Of a stretch of 64,000 nucleotides of DNA, positions 48,725 to 59,024 are shown in pieces (positions within the stretch are counted from its first letter, which is position 1; the number at the start of each line of letters is the position of its first letter). This DNA is from Rhizodiscina lignyota. Its lineage: Eukaryota. The notes below the pieces were generated by a model. The model was given only the letters and a program-made list of their open reading frames with translations. It was not told the DNA's origin and did not search any database. Location of the stretch: assembly GCA_010015805.1 (NCBI GenBank), contig ML978125.1:868001-932000 (forward strand), written 5' to 3'. The translations under genes and the position numbers were made by a program.

Positions 48725-49721
48725 CTATGCTGCCAAACGTGCCAATAAACGATCCTCGACACCATCCAAGATAGGTTGGTGCTCGATGACCTCCAGGTTC
48801 TCTGCTTCACTGAGGAATAACTTGTCCGGATCCTGATCGGGCGTCATTGCAGCGCCAGCAGGGTTCATCTGTGCCATTTGTTGCGTGATTTGGTTCGCAG
48901 CTGAAGGGTAATTAATTAGTGGAGATGATCAGGCATATTTCAGGGCGTAGAGACTCACCGTTGTTGCTGCCCAAAATGAAATTATACACCGGTTGAAGCC
49001 CAAAGAGGGTCAAAAAGTACCATGACAAACTCGAGACCCACCGAACATCCAGATCTCTGGTACCGACTCCAGACTGCAGCATGGATTTGAATTGGGGCGT
49101 AAGGGGGAACGGGAGCTTCACTGCACATCCAATTATATTAGTTGATGTGAAACGAGCTTTCCGGTCAAACTCACTTATGACAAAACCTGAGAAGAAAGCA
49201 TTGATCCAGCCCATTATGAGCGTCTGAGGAACCATCATGGCCACATTGCCCTTCATAGCGCCCATCATGCCTTCCATCATGGCAGGATCTGTCATTGGGT
49301 TCGGCCGCGGTTTGCCTCGACCTTCTGGGTCTGCGAGAAACGCCCCATTCTTGAACGCTTCCACCAAGAACGCCTTTCGCCCTTCAAAGGATGATTTCGA
49401 CAGCTGATTTGCGTTTATTCGGAGGTTCACGCCGCGCATGAGGGACCGTTGCTGCCGTATCTGACCGAGAGTCTGCTTCTTAGGAGTCGTTTGGAGCAGT
49501 GTCATGGCATAGTGACGAAGAATGCCGGTGAGAATCTTGAGATAGACATCAGCAGTGAGCCTGAAGAGTGATATTCCTTGGACATACCATTACAACCGTG
49601 ATGGGAACCAGGATCCAGTAGCTAGAATACGTTAGCCTTCGGTGTCGATATACCAAGCTCAGTGGTGAACTCACAAAAGAGCTGGATCCCGATGGATCGT
49701 CTGCACCACGGGCTGAGCCAT
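48725..49721 (-). CDS. EMC3: ER membrane protein complex subunit 3; exons 49721-49675, 49621-49588, 49535-49175, 49120-48959, 48900-48725
   Basis: DPALF|YWILVPITVVM|ILTGILRHY, PQTLIMGWINAFFSGFV, KLPFPLTPQFKSMLQSGV and DLDVRWVSSLSWYFL. Confidence 0.95.
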
Positions 49722-49980
49722 TACGGATTTGGTTCGTTAGTTAAGGTCGTCTTCTGCCGTATATCAAGGAGCTCAAACTGGTGTTGGTGATGTGGAAAAG
49801 GTGCGCTCGCAACATGGATTGCTGCGCGAAGTGAACCCTGGTCAATTTGAAGCTAGCGCGCGATTGTTGGAGGACACCTTGACAACTGATGTAAACCTAT
49901 CAGAAAATAATTGCAGCTCCACACAAATTCAAGATTTACGAGTTACGGAATTGAGGACCATCTGAGAGCAGAAGAGCAAT

Positions 49981-50732
49981 ATGTCATCCCAAAATAAAAT
50001 TGCGGTTCATTCACTGTCCGGTAAATGCTCCAAAATGTCGCATACGAACGTCCATATGCACGATCCATCAAGAGCATCAAGCTAACAGTAACCTCAGACC
50101 TTAAGAACACCACCGACGATGCGCTGCCAAACTACCTCTCCTCGCTGAAATTCAAGCAGTCACATTACCACACCGATGTTCGCCTTGCGCTCGGCTACGC
50201 TGCCGTGGTCATTGGCGGCGCCACGTTCTACTTCGACTGGACACTGGGCTGGGATGCGACAAAGTCCTGGACCTTGTGGGCTGTGATTGCGTATTTCATC
50301 CTAAATGGTGTATTCACGTATTGGATCTGGGCGGTGGAAAAGGGCGTCGTGTTCACAGGCACCAAAGACGGACAGCAGATTGAGCTGGCAAGCAAGACCG
50401 AGAAACATAAGCCGATATACTTCTTGAACGTGAGATACACGACAAGTGATGGCAAATGGGTGGAGAAGAAGATCGAGGGGAGCTTCACAAGATGGTTTAC
50501 TAGTGATGGGTTCTTCATTGCGAAGCCATTTCAGCAATGGTTGGCATCCGAAGTACCTATGATTGGAGAAGCGGATCCGTCGAATGTCGTAGAGGAGATT
50601 GGACGAGGATCGCAGGCAGTGTCGCCAAGTGGAGTTAACGTCTCGGGTCTTACAGCTGGACAATTGGATCAGGTTTTGAACTCCATGTCAGGAGGAGGCA
50701 AGCAAGGAGGAAAGGCACGGCGAAGAGGTTAG
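49981..50732 (+). CDS. SPC2: Signal peptidase complex subunit 2 (SPC25); exons 49981-50020 and 50098-50732
   Basis: KIAVHSLS|DLKNTTDDALPNYL..DVRLALGY, two transmembrane helices, FTRWFTSDGFF. Confidence 0.9.
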
Positions 50733-51014
50733 GCTTCTCAAAGCATGGCGAATGGAGTTGAACTACGGAGGCAGGACTGATGGCTTTGGATCTTCGGAAA
50801 AGTCTCTTCTAGCATATCAGCATTTTCCGGCGCACAGCGATGGCACTTGGAACATTTTAGCAGATCTGTTTGCGAGGTTAATTGATATTCTTGCTGACAC
50901 TATCAGCTGGTATAGTACTAAAGCTCTATAAACACGCTGTGATGCCCAAGTCCGACCCAATGCTGTGTGATATATACAAATTTGCACTCATTCTCCATGT
51001 CGAAATCCATGCGT

Positions 51015-52178
51015 TTACTCATCACTGTCCATCATACCCAGACATTCTAGCTCAGTCTTAACGATGCGTTCGAATTCGTCACGCTGTATACCCGTGCTTC
51101 GAGCGAGACGGAACAGGCTCTTGAGGTCCGTGCTGATGTGCTGCTTAATCGCAACCTCTGCTTGGCTTTGGGTCTCTGCGTTCTGCTCCAGTTTCTCAAC
51201 TGATCGATTCGAGGACGAGGATGAAGGACGGGGATGCTCAATTTGAGGCTCCTTCCTTTCTTCCCCTTCTCCAATCGTCGAGCCATCGTATGTACCGTTT
51301 GTGGGAGCTAGCGGTATGCTTGTTTCTCGTGGCTCGTGGGCTCCTCGAGGCCGGGCAAGGGAGCGCGTTGTCTCATTGCCATTCAACGTCGACTCTCCAG
51401 GCGGGAGACCTTCCTCCGATGGGTCATGCGGATCCATAGCAGGCTGTACTTCCGCCATGTATCGTGCAAAATACTCTAGCTCCGAATTTGATGGCATTGG
51501 CACAGATGATGTTGCAGGAGCTGGCGAGCGCTTTGCTGGAGTTCTGCCTGGAGTTTGATCGTACATCGCCCAGTAATCGTCATCGTCAGCTGAGCCAGTT
51601 CTATTCGGTGCTGATGCAGGAGCCGCGCTCGTGCCATTTGTCCCGTTAGTTGATAATGATACACGGCCACTTGGTCGTGCTCCAGCACTCTCGTCTGCCT
51701 CGCTTATACTCTCATACCACGTGCTGCCATCCTCGCCATCCTCCAACGCTCTCAGCTCCGACAACCGCCACCCATCACCTGTCTGCTCGTCTCCTGTGCA
51801 CCAGAGAAATAAAAAGCATAGACCGGTATCCTCTGATTCAAGCCGAACCTGCAGCGTCTCCTCGTCTAACCGCCTGAACTTGGCATCTTCTACATCTTCC
51901 ACTTCAATCTCTCCAGAGACGGGATGCGGCTCTAGTTGAACATTCTCGACAATTTGAGGGAGTTTTGAAGCTCGTTGCGCATCCCAGCATAGCAGCTGCA
52001 GCCACGAGTCTGATCCTGTTGCACTCGTAGACAGGAGATTGACGCGTTGTCGAAGGATTGGTGAAAGGAGTGGAAGGAGAGCTGGCGGGGGCCGTGGCGA
52101 GACGAATGCTGTTGGCAAACATGCCAGGAGAGGAGGGAGGAGTATGCGAGGATCTGGAGGAGGGATTCGAGAAACCAT
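51015..52178 (-). CDS. Fungal hypothetical protein, probably conserved
   Basis: 387-aa uninterrupted ORF with structured-looking blocks (LLPPLLACLPTAFVSPRPPPALLPLLSPILRQRV; DDDDYWAMYD; AIKQHISTDLKSLFRLARSTGIQRDEF). No function recognised. Confidence 0.75.
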   Translation of the reverse strand: MVSRIPPPDPRILLPPLLACLPTAFVSPRPPPALLPLLSPILRQRVNLLSTSATGSDSWLQLLCWDAQRASKLPQIVENVQLEPHPVSGEIEVEDVEDAKFRRLDEETLQVRLESEDTGLCFLFLWCTGDEQTGDGWRLSELRALEDGEDGSTWYESISEADESAGARPSGRVSLSTNGTNGTSAAPASAPNRTGSADDDDYWAMYDQTPGRTPAKRSPAPATSSVPMPSNSELEYFARYMAEVQPAMDPHDPSEEGLPPGESTLNGNETTRSLARPRGAHEPRETSIPLAPTNGTYDGSTIGEGEERKEPQIEHPRPSSSSSNRSVEKLEQNAETQSQAEVAIKQHISTDLKSLFRLARSTGIQRDEFERIVKTELECLGMMDSDE

Positions 52179-53898
52179 TGTGAGAAGGAACTCGAATCAA
52201 AAGGTAAGGCTCTAGCGTGGTGGTCCTAGAGACGTTATAAGTACTGTCGCGAGAGCAGACGAAAACACGATCACATGCTAAAAGTACTGCAGGCAACGGC
52301 GGGTCTGAGCTTTAAGGATGCTTCATATGAGTCTTTGAAGAGCCATGTGTTCACAGCATCAAGCAGACGCTGGAGGAAGCAGCTCAGGGTCAATTGGGAC
52401 AAGATACATCTATAGAGCGATGGGCACGGGGCCAGCGTGAGTGAAACGCATGGGACCAGACACAAGCTGACGCCGTCGACGCCAAAAAGCTCCTTTCGCC
52501 CGGCCAATCTCGGCACGCTTTTCCCACGAGGCACCGATGTATCGATCTACGTCACGTGAGCATCTTTAAAAAGCATTCCGGGGTCTAAGGAGTCGCTGTC
52601 AGGCCTGTCCATAGGGCTGCGGATGGATACTGGCGGTAAAGGTCGTCCAAGCATGTCGACGTACATGACAATACTCAAATCCACAGCGTCAAAGAGATCA
52701 CGCAACAACGGAGAAGCAGCGCAGGAGGCCACTCCGAAGTCTGGTAGAAGCGACCAACATTGCTTGCATAGTTCTCGGCGGCTGTTAAACCTCCGCTGCT
52801 CCTCACTCGCCAGTCGGCAGCATCGCAGAAGGTCTTGTGCTTTGGAGGAAGCCACCCGGGCGCGTATCAGATACATGATACATCGGTACTTGAGCGTGCA
52901 TAGCCACGGCATCGCCGGTTGCCTCATGTCATCGGTCAAGTCATCGTCCCCTTGCGTCTCGTCCCAAGCATGAGTTGAGGCGCAGTTTGTTGGAGCAGAA
53001 CGAGCGCCGATTCTGCCTTGAAAGTGGCCCGAACATGGCAAGATGACTTCATGCGGGCATTCCTACGGCACAGAGAGCGTGTAATTATCGTGTGTCTTCT
53101 TAGCCACGGCCACTGCTTGGCTTTTGGGAGGAGCATCGCTGGAGCATAACGATTTGATGGCGCCTTGTGAGCCTGGGGCTTAGCAGGCCGCTTGATGAGG
53201 CTCCCCGCGACCCAAACGCCAGGACGCCCGTCGACTAAGGGACCCATTAGCACCACCCTCCCACCCCCAGAGGCACAATACCAATCCCGCATCATTTTCG
53301 CGCCCGTATCCCACTCTTCTTCGCGCCTCGTATCTCTGCATCTCCAACATCTGTACCTGAGCCCGGCTTATTTCCTCCCTGAGTGGCTGATTCACCTTTG
53401 CGGCTTAGCTGGAGACGCCGAGCGCACCTTGCAGATCGTTGTCGCTACCGGCAGCGCCAACCGCTCCGCTCATTTGAATACAACTCGTCGACACCAGCCA
53501 AGGCGGAGAGGAGAATTTCGCGCTCTTGCTCGACCTTCCAGCTTTCCCATTGACCGTTGTTCGCTCCTTCAACTCTGCATCGAAATCGCGCAATCGACAC
53601 ATATGCGCGCTGTCGCCTAGCCCAATCCAACCAGAACCACGGGCGCGCATCTGCCATCACCAAAAGAAAACTAACTCAACAATCAAAACCTACGCGCGAA
53701 ACGCCCGCTCTATTCGTGGCTTCCAACACCTTGCGAGCTCCACCTGTCGAGCTTTTCGTTTCTGGAGAACGCGTAAGAGGACCGCAACTCAGCTCGTGTC
53801 GCAACTGGAGTCCGCGCTCACTCAGATTTCTAAATCTGTGAGATGCTCCGACAGGGAATTCGCAGATCCGGACACCATCAAAATCTGGGGCTGCGTCC

Positions 53899-56800
53899 AT
53901 GAAAGTCGGCAAGATGCAGGCCCCACCAACTTCTACCACTGAGGGCACAACCTCTCAGAATTTCTCGACCGCAGGCGACTTCACTTCTACGAATGACGAA
54001 TACCCTCCCGATTTCAACATGCTGTCTGCCACGCAAAGTGCGCAGTACTCTCTGTCGCCATCGACGACGTCCTTTAATGATCATATGAGTCCTGATACCA
54101 TGCTCTCTGATCATTCGTATGCCGATTACGGCCTCTTGGATGCTTCTGCTATGGGAGACCAGTACTTGAATGCGCAGTTCGGTCCTATGCTCACATTGGA
54201 TCCAAACGACACATTCGACTTTGACAATCCAGGAATGGCAATGGAAGGTCCCCAGAACGCCCCAGGAGCTCAAATCGTGAACAACCAGCATAGCCAAAGC
54301 ATTGTTCCACCATCACAAACACTCGCAGCCTTTCCCTCAATCGAAGCACCAATGCCGCGGTCATTAGAGCCGTCCAGGAAGAGTAGTCCAACGCATTTGA
54401 ATCGGTCACAAGGCTCTCCGGCGACTGTTGGCTCAGCATCGTCCCGGCAGATTATCAGCCCCGTTGTCCGTGTAGAGAGTTTTGAGGATGAGACCACACA
54501 AAGCTTGTCCAAGATGACAAGTAAGAGAAGTCATCCGAGCCGGAAATCGAACACACATCTATCGCCATACCCCGCCGATAGCGATGATTCTGATGATGAA
54601 GGATCATCACATAGTAGTCAGCCAAGGTCAGTGCCAGGAATCCAACGGCAAGACGATGGCTCCTGGGTGGGCAATGCCTCTGGGCAGAGTGGCCTCGCCC
54701 CTCAAGCGAGAGATCAGATCAGAGACATGGAAGTTCCTACTCTAGATGAGATTCACGACAAGAATAAACTGGAAAAGAAGAAGGCCGAAGTTGAGGACTG
54801 GCTTGATCACAGCGAGGTAGGAAGCGAGGCAGAAGTCCTTGAGCAAGCTTCTATACCTCAAGGAAAACGTGTCAACAGGCGCAGGGCAAAGAGCACCAAT
54901 GACTTGGGTTACTTCAGCCAGAGCATCATACCCAATGTTAATGCGGTACCCGGCCCTGGCTTGAAGATCGATGTTCCAAGCGATAATGAGGAAGACGAGG
55001 AGGCAATCTCCGACAGCGAACTCGAATCGCCACCTGCCAATGTACACATGCAGAATGCAGACTCCTATTTCCCGTCCGAGGACAGTCTGCAATCGCTACA
55101 ATCGCTACAATCGGGACCGATACCTTGGGCCGACCCTCCGGGCCAGGCGGGTACCCAGGACAAAAGATACCAACCACCGACATCGAATGCTGCGATGATG
55201 CGGTTTAAACAACGTGCAAAGGACGTCGAATCGGCCTCTCTGGCAGCAACCCTTGGATCATCGCACTCTCGGCGAAGAAGTGAGTCAGACATGGAAAGCG
55301 TTCTGACTGCGAAGGGCATTTCCAAAGAGATCACCAATAGTGACAAATCAAGCAAACAGAAGCACAGCCGCACGGGGAGCTTCTTCGACAACCTCAGATC
55401 CAACCTCGGGCGCAGTAATAGTAGCCAAAAGAAGCGCAAAGGGACAATTACGAGTGGCCAGCAGAACGATAGTGCGAGCGGAACGTCAACACCGAAAGAA
55501 GGCCCAACCCTACCCCCTTCAGGCGTCAAACGTATTGGGAGCTGGGGAAAGCCAAAGTCTCCAATGCTCGACACAAGCCCAGCTACGTTGAATGTGCCTC
55601 CTGTGGAGGGCAATACTCCTACAGCTCATTCTCCCACAACTCCTTGGGGCATTGCCAAGGAAAGAATTCGCAGGAGCAGGAGTAAGAGCGATATTGGTCG
55701 CAGTCGAAGTAAGAGTGATACTGGTCGCTCGCCGGGTCTTGGAGATCTCATGACTCAATTCGGTGGGCCGCCGATGCCAAAGTTGGCCTCTCCAATCAAT
55801 GCTGCCCAAGCGATGTCGAATTTGTCAACTCCAGCGGTAGGATTGGATGGTGACGATGATAGCGGAGACGAGGGAGGTGCCTTGCAGGGTGGGATCCTGA
55901 TGGATCTCGCAGTTCGATCAGACCCAGTGATTCCTACCCACGGTGGATTCAAGGCACAAGCAAGACAGCTCAACCCCCGCATTCCGGAATTTTTGCTGGA
56001 ACGCATCACTCAAGAACAAATAAAGCGATATCAGCGGCTCTTAGGCTCGAAGGGTAAGCATCTTGCTGCAGTGCAAGGGAAGAACTGCTCGGCGGGCGCA
56101 TTCTGTTTCGCCTTGGGTGGATCATCGAAGCAGCATCCTCCAAAGCAGGGGAACAAAGATACAGACACTCCGTTTGTGGGCTTCCAAATTATTTCGCCAG
56201 GTACTTCAGCTGAGAAGCTGGAGAAAGACAGTGATGGAACGATCATTGCTGCTCAATTTCCTTCCGGCGTGCCGTTGCCTCCTGTGGAGCGACTACCTGC
56301 CGAATTCGAATGTCCCTTGTGTTTCAAAGTCAAGAAATTCTACAAGCCATCCGACTGGACGAAGCATGTGCACGAAGACGTCCAACCGTTCACGTGTACT
56401 TTTCCGAATTGCAATGAACCAAAGTCATTCAAGCGCAAGGCCGATTGGGTTAGACATGAGAATGAGCGACACCGGCAGCTTGAGAACTGGACTTGCGACA
56501 TGGGCGAGTGCGTTCACACCTGCTACAGAAAGGACAACTTTGTCCAACATCTAGTGCGTGAGCACAAAATCCCTGAACCTAAAGTTCGCAATGGCAGATC
56601 AAACGCGGCGTCTCGATCACCAAACACGCCACTCAACCCACAAGGCTGGACAACAGATGATCCTTTTGGCACTTCATTAGTGGCAAGTGCACCTGGGAAT
56701 GATGACATCTGGGCAATCGTCGACAGATGCAGACGCGACACAACAAAGCAGCCGGGGGATGAATGCTGCAGATTCTGTGGAAACATCTGCAATACCTGGA

Positions 56801-57564
56801 AGAAACTAACAGTGCACTTGGCGAAGCACATGGAACAAATCAGCATGCCAATCTTGCCTCTTGTAAAGCAGAGGCAAATGGATGCTGGATCAATTTCAAC
56901 TTCGATTGAAGTTCCTCAAGTCTCACAGGCCGTCGGTCCAGTACTCTCTGATTCCCCTCAGGATCTTCCTACATTCCTGACCGATGAACCCTCCTCACTA
57001 GACCTTGGCGATTTGAGTATCGGTCAATCGTACTCCTCGCTTGCACCAGGCATCGCCGTGAACGGTGCGATGCATACATATCCACCGGCTCCATATGTCA
57101 TGCAACGTATACAACAGCAACCACAGCAGAATGCTTTCGCACAGCCGCAGGCACAGAATCTCAACTTTCCGATACAATCATACCCACCACCATTCATCCA
57201 CAGCCGCTCATCCTCAACTCACACTTCAATCCCGACTTCTAGCCCGAATAAAAACTATCAGTTCCCCACGAGCGCCGCGAATTACACCCAGCAGTTCCCC
57301 ACGGTAGGGCAACAGCAGATGTACTCGTCACCAGTCGAAAGCAATGCATTCAGTGACGAGGCTATGAGCGCCGTCGAGGCATCCTATTTGATGCCTGAAA
57401 GTGGCAGGACATCAAATCCGCAGACCCCTGGCGGTGGTCTGAACATTCAAAACCAGGGCATGCAGAATCCACACATGCAAGGCCAATACGAGCAAAGCTT
57501 CCATTTCATGACTCAAGCTCAGGGATATCAGTATGGGGGAAACCAACAATATTCCGGGGCATAG
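53899..57564 (+). CDS. C2H2 zinc-finger transcription factor (paralog 2)
   Basis: FECPLCF..PSDWTKHVHEDVQPFTCTFPNC..SFKRKADWVRHENERH..WTC..CYRKDNFVQHLVREH..CRFCGN..WKKLTVHLAKHME in a 1221-aa ORF. Confidence 0.92.
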   Translation: MKVGKMQAPPTSTTEGTTSQNFSTAGDFTSTNDEYPPDFNMLSATQSAQYSLSPSTTSFNDHMSPDTMLSDHSYADYGLLDASAMGDQYLNAQFGPMLTLDPNDTFDFDNPGMAMEGPQNAPGAQIVNNQHSQSIVPPSQTLAAFPSIEAPMPRSLEPSRKSSPTHLNRSQGSPATVGSASSRQIISPVVRVESFEDETTQSLSKMTSKRSHPSRKSNTHLSPYPADSDDSDDEGSSHSSQPRSVPGIQRQDDGSWVGNASGQSGLAPQARDQIRDMEVPTLDEIHDKNKLEKKKAEVEDWLDHSEVGSEAEVLEQASIPQGKRVNRRRAKSTNDLGYFSQSIIPNVNAVPGPGLKIDVPSDNEEDEEAISDSELESPPANVHMQNADSYFPSEDSLQSLQSLQSGPIPWADPPGQAGTQDKRYQPPTSNAAMMRFKQRAKDVESASLAATLGSSHSRRRSESDMESVLTAKGISKEITNSDKSSKQKHSRTGSFFDNLRSNLGRSNSSQKKRKGTITSGQQNDSASGTSTPKEGPTLPPSGVKRIGSWGKPKSPMLDTSPATLNVPPVEGNTPTAHSPTTPWGIAKERIRRSRSKSDIGRSRSKSDTGRSPGLGDLMTQFGGPPMPKLASPINAAQAMSNLSTPAVGLDGDDDSGDEGGALQGGILMDLAVRSDPVIPTHGGFKAQARQLNPRIPEFLLERITQEQIKRYQRLLGSKGKHLAAVQGKNCSAGAFCFALGGSSKQHPPKQGNKDTDTPFVGFQIISPGTSAEKLEKDSDGTIIAAQFPSGVPLPPVERLPAEFECPLCFKVKKFYKPSDWTKHVHEDVQPFTCTFPNCNEPKSFKRKADWVRHENERHRQLENWTCDMGECVHTCYRKDNFVQHLVREHKIPEPKVRNGRSNAASRSPNTPLNPQGWTTDDPFGTSLVASAPGNDDIWAIVDRCRRDTTKQPGDECCRFCGNICNTWKKLTVHLAKHMEQISMPILPLVKQRQMDAGSISTSIEVPQVSQAVGPVLSDSPQDLPTFLTDEPSSLDLGDLSIGQSYSSLAPGIAVNGAMHTYPPAPYVMQRIQQQPQQNAFAQPQAQNLNFPIQSYPPPFIHSRSSSTHTSIPTSSPNKNYQFPTSAANYTQQFPTVGQQQMYSSPVESNAFSDEAMSAVEASYLMPESGRTSNPQTPGGGLNIQNQGMQNPHMQGQYEQSFHFMTQAQGYQYGGNQQYSGA

Positions 57565-59024
57565 CGATATTAGTGCGTTGGTTTGGACCACTGTATGTGT
57601 CTGCAAGAAGGCCTTACTTCTTTTGCGTTCTCGTCAGGCTTTTTCTTGCCCAAGTGGCTTTTTGGGATGACATGAGTAATTCTATACCCCGGCATGCTTT
57701 TCTTCTCCTCACTGTAATGCATAGCGTCGCTCGTTCGAAGGTCTTGATTCACGCCGAGCAATAAGTTATCGTCAGCTAAAGGATATAACAAATACAATCA
57801 GTAATGTCTCAATGAGTTTGTTTCTCTGCCAGTCACGCAATAGCCGGGGTAGTGTCGAATTGGCGAAGGGCGGAGAGGGCGGCGGCCTCACTGCGGCGTC
57901 GTGCGTCAACTTACGAGACAGCCTCACATTTCAAAGCTTCGCAACCCCCGGACACGACCGAGGCCATGTCTTGCGGAGCCTTGGCTTAATAAAGTAGATT
58001 TATCCGGAACACAAGCTACAATACTTTCAAATGTTTTTGTCTAAGCTGAAGTCTGGGATACCAAGCTGAGGCTTGGGCTTCTCCACGCTGGCGCCAGAGA
58101 GCAATTCCTCCCTACACCACAAGTGCCACATGGATTTAAGCGATGAAGATGAAACAGAAAACCCGTTATCTCGGCGGCTTTTGCGGTCGAATCAAAAAAG
58201 AAGCGCATTCCTCGATTCGCGTGCTGCACCGCCTCCTCCTTGATGGGTGGTTACAAGACACGAAATCATCCGGTAACCCTTTTGGGTCTAACGCCATAAA
58301 GAAGGCAACCGTTTGCCTCGTTGCCTGTCTGCATCTATCCCTCGCAACTCAGCACGTTGCGCGCACCAACATCGAATCGGCATGCGACACAAGGCCAGTT
58401 GGGAGACGTCATTCGCTTCCTGCGCTCCGTCCCGCGTGGGTGCGCCGTCGAGATTCGCACGCAAGCCCCCGATCGTTGCGCGCGAAACTGAAAGCGTAAA
58501 GCCGTGAGGCCGCACACCTTCTGTGCTGACTCTCCCGGCGCAGAGGGCGAAGGGCGCTGCTTGCGGGCGAGCGTAGCCAGGCGTGAGGGCGACGGCCACC
58601 TGTTATATACACGCTACACACCGGAACCTCCGTTGCTGCTCTTTTTGACCGACTCTATGGGGCCATGACGGTGGTATCTGGGGTCTTTGGAATTCTCATC
58701 GATGCACACTACGAGCGGTGAAGAGGCTACGAGAATATACTAATGAACCGCGAACCGCTGGCTTTCTAGCAGCCGGTACTCATCCCCATTGACCCTCTCT
58801 CGTCTGGTCTTTCGTCGCATGGTCAGGCTCTGTTTGCTCAGCCTTGTCACCTTGTGTAAGTGAAGCTTTTGAGGTTCCACTGAGAGTCTACTCGTAGCCT
58901 TATCTTACAAGCTAATACCTCTCGTTCCTGGTTGGCCTTTGCATGCGTCTCTTCTTTTCGCTAGCTGGCATCTAGAATCTTCTTTGACCTAACTGCTAAC
59001 GTTGTCCAGGTACCGACTGCGGCA

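Noticed and set aside
55090..55730. Short tandem duplications inside C2H2 paralog 2 (SLQSLQSLQS; RSRSKSDIGRSRSKSDTGRS)
   Set aside because: Ordinary slippage in disordered regions, with no evidence of special function.
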